Below, piece after piece: positions 18,183 to 26,877 of a stretch of 37,486 bases of DNA; within the stretch, counting starts at the first letter, position 1, and each line of letters begins with the position of its first letter. A program made the translations under genes and the position numbers. Below the pieces are notes generated by a model. It saw nothing but the letters and a program-made list of their open reading frames with translations. It was not told the origin of the DNA and did not search any database. The DNA lies in assembly GCA_963981005.1 (NCBI GenBank), contig CAXCCM010000003.1, forward strand, positions 1 to 37,486, in the 5' to 3' direction. Origin of the DNA: an uncultured bacterium. Lineage in GTDB: Bacteria > Cloacimonadota > Cloacimonadia > Cloacimonadales > TCS61.

Positions 18183-19097
18183 TTGAATAATATAAAATTA
18201 TGGGCAAAAGCAGTTAGAGCACCTTTTTTTACAGCTTCTGTGATTTCGGTGATCTTAGGTGGAATTATAGCATGGAATATTACAGAGCAATTTCATCTCC
18301 TGAATTTTGTGCTGACAACAATTGGCGTTATCTTAATTCATGCAGGAACAAACTTAGTTAATGATTATTTTGATCACAAATCAAACTTAGATGAAACAAA
18401 TGTAAATCACACGCCTTTTAGTGGTGGATCTCGCGTTATTCAAGATAATGAGATCTTGCCAAAAACTATGTTAATAGTAGGTTTAGGAACTTTTATTTTT
18501 GCAGCGATCATTGGCTTTTATTTGAATGCTGTAACAAGTGGGAACGTGATCTTATATATTGGAATTGCAGGTTTTTTTATTGGATATTTCTATACTGCAA
18601 AACCTTTGAAACTTGGATATACTGCACTTGGTGAGTTAATTACTTTTATTGCTTGCGGGCCACTTGTAGTTTATGGATCTTATTATGTAATTGCACAAGC
18701 ACATACAATTCAACCGTTGTTTGCTTCAGTCCCTGTTGGACTTTTAGTCGGACTCATATTATATATCAATGAATTTCAAGATCATGAAGCAGACAAAAAA
18801 ATAGGCAAGAGGACAATAGTTGTTGTATTAGGTAAAACAAAAGCAATAAAACTTTATTATGTCTTTCTTGTCTTTAATTATGTATGGGTTATTGTTGGAA
18901 TAATATTAGGCTTACTGCCAGTATACACAGCCGTGATCTTGCTAACTTTGCCATTATGTATTAAAGCAATTAATGTAGCTCGTGTTAATTATGATAAGAT
19001 CAAAGAACTTCAACCTGCAAATGCATCAACAATTGGCTTGCATCTAGTTTTTGGGATTCTTCTAAGCTTGGGTTTTGTATTGGATAAACTAATATGA
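18183..19097 (+). CDS. menA: 1,4-dihydroxy-2-naphthoate polyprenyltransferase
   Basis: RAPFFTAS, NLVNDYFD, SGGSR, YTAKP..LGY..LGE and NEFQDHEADKKIGKRT. Confidence 0.85.
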   Translation: MNNIKLWAKAVRAPFFTASVISVILGGIIAWNITEQFHLLNFVLTTIGVILIHAGTNLVNDYFDHKSNLDETNVNHTPFSGGSRVIQDNEILPKTMLIVGLGTFIFAAIIGFYLNAVTSGNVILYIGIAGFFIGYFYTAKPLKLGYTALGELITFIACGPLVVYGSYYVIAQAHTIQPLFASVPVGLLVGLILYINEFQDHEADKKIGKRTIVVVLGKTKAIKLYYVFLVFNYVWVIVGIILGLLPVYTAVILLTLPLCIKAINVARVNYDKIKELQPANASTIGLHLVFGILLSLGFVLDKLI

Positions 19098-19960
19098 GAA
19101 GTGATGCAAATGTTTGGTTAGAAAACATTTTTACATTCCTACAAAAAGAACTTTCTTCATTGGAAATAGAACTCAAGAAAAGACTGCTTTCTGTAACTGA
19201 TAATAAAATTGATCTTCATAATGTATTCAATTATTTTTTTGATATACGTGGTAAAAGATTACGTCCAATTTTGGTTCTACTTACTACCGGTCTTGTTAGG
19301 TCAGAAACTTCCAATAATACAACAAATGATAATGAAATTAAACTTGCTGCAGCACTTGAACTAATTCACAATTCTTCCCTGATCCACGATGACATTGTTG
19401 ATGAATCTTCTCACCGTAGAGGTCAGGTAACTATGAATCACAAATTCAATAATAGAATTGCGGTTCTGGCAGGCGACCTTATTTATTCACACGCTTTTTT
19501 AATTATGAATGAACTTAAAATTCCACTACTTTCTGGTATCTTATCTGAGTGTGTAGAAAAGATGTGCCAAAGCGAGATCAAAGAGATAATATCACCCTTT
19601 GCGAATTATAATGAGTACATAGCATATCTTGATGCAAAAACAGCAGAACTAATGAGTGCGTGCTGCAAAAGTGGTGCTATAATTGCCAATGCAGATGAAG
19701 ATGTGATATCAACATTAGGTGAGTTTGGAACTAATTTTGGAATTGCATATCAATTAACTGATGACTTTATGGATGATGAGCAACCTGAAAATTTTGATGT
19801 AAACATACTTTTGCAAGCAAAGATCTACTGCGAAAAAGCCAAAAAGAATTTAGAGAATTTTAAGAATAACGAATATAAAAAACATCTATTATATTTAATT
19901 AAATACATTTTAGACAAACCAAACCAAAAACTACAAAAACTTCAAGATAGTTGCATTTAA
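19094..19960 (+). CDS. polyprenyl diphosphate synthase
   Basis: GKRLRP, ELIHNSSLIHDDIVD..RRG, AVLAGD, KTA and YQLTDDFMD. Confidence 0.9.
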   Translation: MRSDANVWLENIFTFLQKELSSLEIELKKRLLSVTDNKIDLHNVFNYFFDIRGKRLRPILVLLTTGLVRSETSNNTTNDNEIKLAAALELIHNSSLIHDDIVDESSHRRGQVTMNHKFNNRIAVLAGDLIYSHAFLIMNELKIPLLSGILSECVEKMCQSEIKEIISPFANYNEYIAYLDAKTAELMSACCKSGAIIANADEDVISTLGEFGTNFGIAYQLTDDFMDDEQPENFDVNILLQAKIYCEKAKKNLENFKNNEYKKHLLYLIKYILDKPNQKLQKLQDSCI

Positions 19961-20007
19961 ATAAAAAAGAATTTTATTCTTGACTAGAAAATGTCATAAT
20001 TCCAAAT

Positions 20008-20037
20008 TTGTAATCGTTACAATTAAGGAATTGTAAC
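20008..20037 (+). promoter_or_regulatory. putative PerR/Fur-type operator
   Basis: TTGTAAT-C-GTTACAA (20008-20022) overlaps the perfect inverted repeat GTTACAATT-AAGG-AATTGTAAC (20016-20037), just before the RBS of the Fur-family gene. Confidence 0.6.
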
Positions 20038-20049
20038 AAAGGAGTAAAA

Positions 20050-20463
20050 ATGAATAGCATTATCGATATTTTGAAAGAGAATGATATTGCGCCATCAATG
20101 CAGCGGATTAAGATATTAGAATATCTCAAAAGCTATAAAACACATCCCACAGCAGATATGATATATCAAGCACTAGCTGATGAAATGCCAACTTTATCTA
20201 AAACTACCGTTTACAATACATTAAAAACTTTTGCTGAAAAAGGAATTCTGGTTGCACTTTCTCTATTTGAAAATGAAGTCCGTTATGAATATAATACTGA
20301 ACCGCATATTCACTTCAAATGTACTAAATGTAATAATATTTATGATTTAGATAAAGCTTATGACAGGTATGATGAAAATATGATCGATGGGCATAAAGTT
20401 AATGAACACCATGTAAATCTAAGAGGTGTTTGTAAAGAATGTTTAGATGAGACCAAAGGCTAG
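20050..20463 (+). CDS. perR: Fur-family regulator, probably peroxide sensor PerR
   Basis: QRIKIL, HPTADMIY, SKTTVYNTL, HIHFKCTKC and GVCKEC. Heads an oxidative-stress cluster. Confidence 0.8.
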   Translation: MNSIIDILKENDIAPSMQRIKILEYLKSYKTHPTADMIYQALADEMPTLSKTTVYNTLKTFAEKGILVALSLFENEVRYEYNTEPHIHFKCTKCNNIYDLDKAYDRYDENMIDGHKVNEHHVNLRGVCKECLDETKG

Positions 20464-20467
20464 AATT

Positions 20468-21262
20468 ATGCCCGAATTACCTGAAGTGCAAACAATTATA
20501 AACGGACTAAACAAAAAAGTTCTTGAAAAGGAAATTCAAGAGATTGTTGAGTTGCGTTCGGGTACAGTATTATGGCAATTCCCTGTTACAAGTTTGGGAA
20601 AAGTTGAATCTATCTCTAGAAGAGGTAAATATATAATATTACAAACTACCTTACACTTTAAACTTATAATTCATCTTAGAATGACAGGAAAAATAATATT
20701 TGAGAATGATTTGGGTAAGACTTCTTCATACTCAAGAGCAGAGATTATATTTTCAGATAGAACCAAACTGATATTTGATGATGTTCGCACATTTGGAAAG
20801 ATTGAAATTATGAAGAAAGATGATGATGTACCAGCATTGCAAAACTTAGGTGTCGAACCCTTATCAGATGAATTTAACGCAGAACATTTATTAAATAAAC
20901 TAAGTAATAGAAAAGCTCCTATTAAGAATGTTCTACTTGATCAATCGGTTATAGCTGGACTTGGGAATATATATGTTGCAGAGATCCTATTCAGAGCAAA
21001 GATCCATCCTGTTATTTCTGCTAACAAAATTAAAATGGTGAGTTTAAAAAAGATCGTGTTAGAAACCAAGAGTGTTTTAAAAGATGCACTAAAGCACAAT
21101 GGAACAACAATATCAGATTATAGAAGTGTAGAAGATAAAACCGGAGAATATCAAAACTTCTTGAAAGTATATGGGAAAAAAACATGCGAATGTGGTAAAG
21201 AAATTAGCAAAATACAACAGGCTGGCAGAAGTACATACTTTTGTAATAATTGCCAAATTTAG
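20468..21262 (+). CDS. mutM: formamidopyrimidine-DNA glycosylase
   Basis: The true start is MPELPEV (ATG at 20468). RRGKY, HLRMTG, GLGNIY and a C-terminal Zn finger. Confidence 0.95.
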   Translation: MPELPEVQTIINGLNKKVLEKEIQEIVELRSGTVLWQFPVTSLGKVESISRRGKYIILQTTLHFKLIIHLRMTGKIIFENDLGKTSSYSRAEIIFSDRTKLIFDDVRTFGKIEIMKKDDDVPALQNLGVEPLSDEFNAEHLLNKLSNRKAPIKNVLLDQSVIAGLGNIYVAEILFRAKIHPVISANKIKMVSLKKIVLETKSVLKDALKHNGTTISDYRSVEDKTGEYQNFLKVYGKKTCECGKEISKIQQAGRSTYFCNNCQI

Positions 21263-21270
21263 GAGATTAA

Positions 21271-21969
21271 ATGGAAAATAGTAAATCAATAATAGATCTA
21301 AAAAAAGAGCAGCAAGCTACTTTAGAAAGACCAAGATATAAATATTCATTAGCTGCTAAAATATTCTTTAACTTGATGGATGTTGTAACAGGAAAAAAAA
21401 TAACTCTATCTAAAGTTAAACTAATCGAAACTTTAGCGAGCATTCCGTATAGATCTTGGGAGATTAGGCAATATTCTAGATTGACACGGTTTTATAATAA
21501 AAATGAACTTGTAAATAGAGCTGTTAAAATTATGGAGTGGGGAAGAGAAGCACAGGATAATGAATATTGGCATTTATTAATCGTTAACGAAAAAATGAAA
21601 GAAGATAATCTTAATAATGCTTGGTATTTAAAACAACCGATTCCTTTTCTAATGGTTTGTTCATATATCTTTTTTTCAAGAACTCTAGCATTCTTCAATA
21701 TTTCAAGAGCATTTTTATTTAATGCAGAATTTGAAGATCACGCTGAGCACGTATATGCAAAATTTGTTGAAGATCATCCTGAATGGGATAAGCAAGATGT
21801 AAAAACTACAAACTTGAAAGAATACGGTGAATACAAAACTTGGGGAGATTTTTTCAGACGTATTGGCTTAGATGAAAGAGATCATATGAATTTCAGCTTC
21901 TATTTCTACGGAAAGTCAGAAAACGTTGTTAAATATAATGGGATGCCGGAATTTCCTAAAATTAGTTAA
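21271..21969 (+). CDS. alternative oxidase/PTOX-like diiron carboxylate protein
   Basis: IETLASIPY, QDNEYWHL, EFEDHAEHVY and LDERDH give the E...ExxH...E...ExxH diiron pattern, with a central hydrophobic segment. Confidence 0.7.
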   Translation: MENSKSIIDLKKEQQATLERPRYKYSLAAKIFFNLMDVVTGKKITLSKVKLIETLASIPYRSWEIRQYSRLTRFYNKNELVNRAVKIMEWGREAQDNEYWHLLIVNEKMKEDNLNNAWYLKQPIPFLMVCSYIFFSRTLAFFNISRAFLFNAEFEDHAEHVYAKFVEDHPEWDKQDVKTTNLKEYGEYKTWGDFFRRIGLDERDHMNFSFYFYGKSENVVKYNGMPEFPKIS

Positions 21970-22029
21970 TATAAAAATAAAATAAAGCAGATTTGGTGAT
22001 AGCATAAGATACTGAATCGGGGAAGAAGA

Positions 22030-23193
22030 ATGAAAGCAGTTGAAATCAAAAAAGGAATTTACTGGGTTGGAGGAATTGATTGGGATCTAAGAAATTTTCA
22101 TGGATATCTAACTCAACGAGGATCAACTTATAACTCCTATTTGATTATTGATGAAAAGGTTACACTAATTGATAATGTGAAATATCATTTAGCAGATGAA
22201 CTGATTAAAAGAATTTCACAGATTATTGACCCATCAAAAATTGATTACATTGTTCAGAATCATATTGAGATGGACCATACAGGTTCACTTCCAATTATTA
22301 TGGAAAAATGCAGCAATGCAAAGGTTGTGGCTTCTCCAAAAGGGATAGAGGGAATTCAGATGCACTTTCATAAATCATGGGATTATATGGAGGTAAGATC
22401 TGGAGATATTCTTAATTTAGGAGAACGAAAACTACATTTTGTACAAACTCCAATGGTTCACTGGCCAGATAACATGGTTACTTATTGCCCCGAGGAAAAG
22501 CTATTATTTTCTAACGATGCTTTTGGGCAACACCTTGCTTCGTCAGAACGTTTTGATGACGAATTTCCATTTCATATTATGATGCATGAAGCTGCTAAAT
22601 ATTATGCAAATATTGTTCTTCCTTACGGTCGTCAGGTACAGAAAGCTCTGGAGATTGTTGGAGGTTTAGATATAGATACGATCTGCCCAAGTCATGGTCT
22701 TATCATTCGTAAATATATCCCCGAAATCTTAGAGAAATACAAAGAATGGTCAGCAAATAAAATTGATAAGAAAGCGCTTATAATTTATGATACAATGTGG
22801 AAATCTACAGAGAAAATAGCTCACTCTATACAAGCATCTTTCGAAGCAAAAAATTATCAAACTCGATTGATCAACCTGCAGTACACACATATTTCTGATA
22901 TTATGACCGAGATCTTAACTGCAAAATATATTTGCATTGGTTCTCCAACTTTGAATAATAATATTTTACCTACAGTTGCCTCTTTCTTAACATATTTGAA
23001 GGGGCTTGCACCTAAAGGAAGAGTTGGATTGGCCTTTGGTTCCTACGGCTGGGGCGGACAAAGTGTGGGTACAATAGAAAAAGAACTTGAATCTTGTGGA
23101 TTTGAAATGCTGGATCAGATTAAATTACAATATGTTCCAGATCAAGAAACATTAAACGAAAAAGAAAAACAATTAATAGATCAAATAAAATAG
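22030..23193 (+). CDS. fprA: flavodiiron protein (A-type flavoprotein, O2/NO reductase)
   Basis: YNSYLI, NHIEMDH, HWPD, SNDAFGQH, PSHG and a flavodoxin domain (YDTMWKSTE, FGSYGWGG). Confidence 0.93.
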   Translation: MKAVEIKKGIYWVGGIDWDLRNFHGYLTQRGSTYNSYLIIDEKVTLIDNVKYHLADELIKRISQIIDPSKIDYIVQNHIEMDHTGSLPIIMEKCSNAKVVASPKGIEGIQMHFHKSWDYMEVRSGDILNLGERKLHFVQTPMVHWPDNMVTYCPEEKLLFSNDAFGQHLASSERFDDEFPFHIMMHEAAKYYANIVLPYGRQVQKALEIVGGLDIDTICPSHGLIIRKYIPEILEKYKEWSANKIDKKALIIYDTMWKSTEKIAHSIQASFEAKNYQTRLINLQYTHISDIMTEILTAKYICIGSPTLNNNILPTVASFLTYLKGLAPKGRVGLAFGSYGWGGQSVGTIEKELESCGFEMLDQIKLQYVPDQETLNEKEKQLIDQIK

Positions 23194-23202
23194 GAGTAAA
23201 AA

Positions 23203-23691
23203 ATGACTTTAGCAAAAACTTTCGATATCGATATTAATAGAAAATCATTACTTATGTTGCTTGTTCTTGGAATATTACCAAACCTAATTGGAGCAATTAA
23301 TCTCCCTACAATTTGGGGATTTAAGATTCATCTCTTCCAAATAGTGATCTTTGTTTCAGCTGCAGTTTATGGTCCGGTTGGTGGCATGATTTCCGGTGGA
23401 TTGGGTAGCACTTATACAGCAATGATGTTAGGAAATCCTTACATTATTATTGGTAATATAATTCTTGGAACATTTACAGGAATTCTGTTTAGAAAGGGAT
23501 TTAATATTACTCTAGCTGTAATTGTTGCATATTTAATTCAATTACCATTTTTGTGGATCACCAATGTTTATCTTGTTAAAATGCCGAGTGCATTAGTTAC
23601 AAAAATTGTTATTGCATTGTTAGTAAGTAATATCTTCTGGGCTGTTATTGCAAAATTCTCATACCCAAAGATCAAAGAGTGGGTAGAATGA
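23203..23691 (+). CDS. ECF transporter S-component-like membrane protein
   Basis: 162 aa, ~5-6 TM, with the AAVYGPVGGMISGGLG signature. Confidence 0.65.
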   Translation: MTLAKTFDIDINRKSLLMLLVLGILPNLIGAINLPTIWGFKIHLFQIVIFVSAAVYGPVGGMISGGLGSTYTAMMLGNPYIIIGNIILGTFTGILFRKGFNITLAVIVAYLIQLPFLWITNVYLVKMPSALVTKIVIALLVSNIFWAVIAKFSYPKIKEWVE

Positions 23692-24095
23692 ATTCTGTAA
23701 TTTGGGATAAATATATTCATCTTTTAAACGAGATCCAGTTTGAGGATTTTGATTTTATAGTTGCTATTGGTAACGGTGGAATCATTCCTGCTGCTTTTAT
23801 ACAAAAGAAGTTGAATATTCCAATGAAGATCATTAAAATAAACTATCGAGATCCAAGCCACAAGCCAAAATACGATGACGCAGTTTTATTGGAAGAGAAA
23901 GATTTTCCAATAAAAAATAAAAAGATCCTTTTAGTGGATGATGTTTCTAGAACTGGAAAGACTTTAAAAAAGGCAAAAGAATATCTAAATGGAAATACAA
24001 TAAAAACATTTACGATCAATGGTGAGGGTGATTATAGCTTTTATAATCAGGAAGAATGTTTGCTAATGCCATGGACAAGTATTTCACATAATTAA
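23688..24095 (+). CDS. type I phosphoribosyltransferase
   Basis: AIGNGGIIPA and PRPP loop ILLVDDVSRTGKTL. Likely start is the ATG in the ATGA overlap at 23688. Confidence 0.88.
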   Translation: MNSVIWDKYIHLLNEIQFEDFDFIVAIGNGGIIPAAFIQKKLNIPMKIIKINYRDPSHKPKYDDAVLLEEKDFPIKNKKILLVDDVSRTGKTLKKAKEYLNGNTIKTFTINGEGDYSFYNQEECLLMPWTSISHN

Positions 24096-24104
24096 GGAGA
24101 AAAC

Positions 24105-24611
24105 ATGATTTCACAAAAATTACAAGATGCAATAAATGACCAGATAAATAAGGAAATGTACTCAGAATATTATTATCTTTCAATGGCTTCATATTTCAAT
24201 TCAATTGGATTAAATGGATTCGAGAATTTCTTTCTTGTTCAGGTAGAAGAGGAACGTTTTCACTCAATGAAAATGTATAGCTTCCTAAATGAGAAAGGTG
24301 GAAGAGTTATACTAAAAGCTATAGATGAGCCTGTAACAGAATATAAATCTGCACTAGAAGTTTTTAAGTTAGCTTATGAGCATGAAAAATTTGTTTCAAA
24401 ATGTATCAATGATCTTATGGATGTTGCAATTGAAGTAAAAGATCATGCTGCAAAAAGTTTCTTGAACTGGTTTGTAGATGAACAGGTTGAAGAAGAAGCA
24501 ACAATGGATTCAATTTTAAATAAATTGAAGTTGATAAATGGTGATGGAATGGGATTGTTGATGCTTGATAAAGAATTAAGTATTCGCACTTTTACTCCAC
24601 CCGTAAAATAA
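24105..24611 (+). CDS. ftnA: non-heme ferritin
   Basis: QINKEMYS, EERFH, EHEKFVS and WFVDEQVEEE. Confidence 0.94.
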   Translation: MISQKLQDAINDQINKEMYSEYYYLSMASYFNSIGLNGFENFFLVQVEEERFHSMKMYSFLNEKGGRVILKAIDEPVTEYKSALEVFKLAYEHEKFVSKCINDLMDVAIEVKDHAAKSFLNWFVDEQVEEEATMDSILNKLKLINGDGMGLLMLDKELSIRTFTPPVK

Positions 24612-24628
24612 TTATCTTGGAGGGAATT

Positions 24629-25009
24629 ATGACACAATTAAGAGAATTGTATTACTGCGAAAAATGTGGTAATGTTGTAGAAATTGTAAATGAGGGAGCT
24701 CCAGCATTAGTTTGCTGTGGAATCCCAATGGTTAAATTGGAAGCACAAACAGAAGATGCTTCCACAGAAAAACATGTTCCTTATTTGGAAGAAAAAGATG
24801 GTGGAGTTTTGGTTAAAGTTGGCCAGAATATTGCACATCCAATGTTGGAAAATCATTACATCAAGTTTATTGAAGTTCAAACTGGATGCAGAATATTTCG
24901 CAAGGAACTAAAACCTGATGATGCACCGGAAGCGTTCTTCCCTATTAAGAAAGAAGATGTTATCGAAGTTCGTGAATGGTGTAACTTACACGGATTGTGG
25001 AAAAGTTAA
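24629..25009 (+). CDS. dfx: desulfoferrodoxin (2Fe superoxide reductase)
   Basis: CEKCGN...CCG desulforedoxin domain, EKHVP, HPM...HYI and CNLHGLW. ATG at 24629 follows GGAGGG. Confidence 0.93.
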   Translation: MTQLRELYYCEKCGNVVEIVNEGAPALVCCGIPMVKLEAQTEDASTEKHVPYLEEKDGGVLVKVGQNIAHPMLENHYIKFIEVQTGCRIFRKELKPDDAPEAFFPIKKEDVIEVREWCNLHGLWKS

Positions 25010-25036
25010 GAATAGCATAAAATGGGGGAATTAAAA

Positions 25037-25570
25037 ATGGATTTAAAAGGAACTAAAACAGAGAAAAATCTTTGGGATGCTTTTGCTGGTGAATCACAAG
25101 CCCGAAATAAATATACATATTTTGCAAAAGTAGCTAAAAAAGAAGGCTATGAACAGATTGCTAAATTGTTTTTAGAGACTGCAGATAATGAGATGGAGCA
25201 TGCCAAGCTTCACTTCAAGGCTCTTGGTGAGATTGGAGACACAATTAAAAATTTAAAAGCTGCTGCCGGTGGGGAAAATTATGAGTGGACAGAGATGTAT
25301 CCAAACATGGCAAAAGATGCTAGAGAAGAAGGATTCAATGAAATCGCTAAAATGTTCGAAGGAATTGCTAATATAGAAAAGGAACATGAAGAGCGCTACA
25401 AAAAACTATTAGCCAATATTGAAGATGGATCGGTCTTTATAAAAGATGGAAAAGTATATTGGAAGTGTTTAAAGTGTGGTCATATTCATGAAGGAATTGA
25501 AGCACCAAAAGTGTGTCCTGTATGCAAGCATCCACAGGCATATTTTGAAGTGCATAAGAAAAATTACTAG
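25037..25570 (+). CDS. rbr: rubrerythrin
   Basis: [22 protein letters not shown] and C-terminal CLKC...CPVC. Likely start MDLKGT. Confidence 0.95.
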   Translation: MDLKGTKTEKNLWDAFAGESQARNKYTYFAKVAKKEGYEQIAKLFLETADNEMEHAKLHFKALGEIGDTIKNLKAAAGGENYEWTEMYPNMAKDAREEGFNEIAKMFEGIANIEKEHEERYKKLLANIEDGSVFIKDGKVYWKCLKCGHIHEGIEAPKVCPVCKHPQAYFEVHKKNY

Positions 25571-25598
25571 AAAACCAAAGAAAATAGGAGAAGAAAAA

Positions 25599-26144
25599 AT
25601 GAAAAAGAAATGGATTTGTACAGTATGTGGTTATGTTCACGAAGGTGAAAATCCACCTGAAAAATGTCCAACATGTGGAGCTCCAGCAGAAAAATTTAAT
25701 TTGCAGGAAGGAGAATTGGTTTGGGCAGATGAACACGTGATTGGTGTTGCTAAAGATTTAGATGAGAGAGTTGTGGAAGGTTTAAAACTTAATTTTGCAG
25801 GTGAATGTACAGAAGTTGGAATGTATCTGGCGATGAGCCGTCAGGCAGATCGTGAAGGATATCCAGAAGTAGCTGAAGCTTATAAAAGAATAGCTTGGGA
25901 AGAAGCTGAACATGCTTCTAAATTTGCTGAACTTTTAGGTGAAGTGGTTACAGCAGATACAAAGAAAAACCTTGAAATGAGAGTTGAAGCTGAATATGGT
26001 GCAACACAGGGTAAGAAAGACCTAGCTACACTTGCTAAGCAGCTTGGTTATGATGCAGTTCATGATACTGTTCATGAAATGTGTAAAGATGAGGCACGTC
26101 ACGGCAAAGCCTTTTTAGGTTTATTGAATAGATACTTTAAGTAA
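25599..26144 (+). CDS. reverse rubrerythrin (NADH peroxidase)
   Basis: N-terminal CTVC...CPTC followed by a diiron domain ([28 protein letters not shown]). Start MKKKW after AGGAG. Confidence 0.93.
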   Translation: MKKKWICTVCGYVHEGENPPEKCPTCGAPAEKFNLQEGELVWADEHVIGVAKDLDERVVEGLKLNFAGECTEVGMYLAMSRQADREGYPEVAEAYKRIAWEEAEHASKFAELLGEVVTADTKKNLEMRVEAEYGATQGKKDLATLAKQLGYDAVHDTVHEMCKDEARHGKAFLGLLNRYFK

Positions 26145-26165
26145 TATTTAATCAAGGAGAATAAA

Positions 26166-26306
26166 ATGCAAAAATATGTATGCGACGTATGTGGTTGGGT
26201 TTATGATCCAGCAGAAAATGATAATGTGAAGTTCGAGGATCTGCCTGAAGATTGGGTATGTCCCGAATGTGGTGTTGGAACTGACATGTTTAGTCCAGTT
26301 GACTAA
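26166..26306 (+). CDS. rub: rubredoxin (46 aa); not in the ORF track
   Basis: [46 protein letters not shown] with an AAGGAG RBS. Confidence 0.95.
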   Translation: MQKYVCDVCGWVYDPAENDNVKFEDLPEDWVCPECGVGTDMFSPVD

Positions 26307-26312
26307 ACTAAA

Positions 26313-26350
26313 AAGCAGGGCAGATTATTATTATCTGTCCTGCTTATTTC
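26313..26350 (+). terminator. hairpin/terminator after rubredoxin
   Basis: AAGCAGGGCAGAT / ATCTGTCCTGCTT 13-bp stem (one G-U), followed by ATTTCTT. Confidence 0.7.
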
Positions 26351-26403
26351 TTAGCATTAAACTAATAAAAAATATTATATAAAAAATAAATTCAGGAGAT
26401 ATC

Positions 26404-26856
26404 ATGACTAAAGAAAAATTTGATGAAGTGATTGATTATGCAATTAGTGGTGAAAAAGAAGCAGTAAAGTTTTACCAAGAATTACAACAGAGAACAAAAT
26501 TTCAAGCACAGAAAGTAATGCTTAAAGAATTTGAGAATATGGAAAAAGGCCATGTGGTGATCTTAGAGAACATCAGAAAAAAAGGAATTAAGAATATTAG
26601 AGTAAAAGAAGTTGCAAATCTAAACATAAGTGAATATATTGTAGATGTAAAGCCTTATGATGATATGACATATCAAGATATTTTAATTATTGCAATGAAA
26701 AAAGAAGAACAGGCACAAAAACTATATGCAAATATGGCAGGTTCTTTACCTGGAACAGAACTTGAGACACTTTTTCTTAAATTAGCATCAGAAGAAGCGG
26801 ATCATAAATTACAATTTGAAACTCTTTATGACGAACATGTATTAAAGGAAAACTAA
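26404..26856 (+). CDS. ferritin-like/rubrerythrin-family diiron protein (no rubredoxin domain)
   Basis: AISGE..A..FY, EKGH, AMKKEE and EEADH. Confidence 0.85.
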   Translation: MTKEKFDEVIDYAISGEKEAVKFYQELQQRTKFQAQKVMLKEFENMEKGHVVILENIRKKGIKNIRVKEVANLNISEYIVDVKPYDDMTYQDILIIAMKKEEQAQKLYANMAGSLPGTELETLFLKLASEEADHKLQFETLYDEHVLKEN

Positions 26857-26877
26857 TATAATATTTGTGGAGGAATT

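Noticed and set aside
20447-20467. N-terminal extension of MutM in the ORF track (similarly the longer starts at 23679, 24617, 25022 and 25476)
   Set aside because: MutM needs an N-terminal Pro (MPELPEV). For the others, RBS position and family N-termini favour the downstream ATGs.
21990-22018. G-U-rich stem upstream of the fprA RBS as a riboswitch
   Set aside because: Too short and weak, with no recognisable aptamer consensus.
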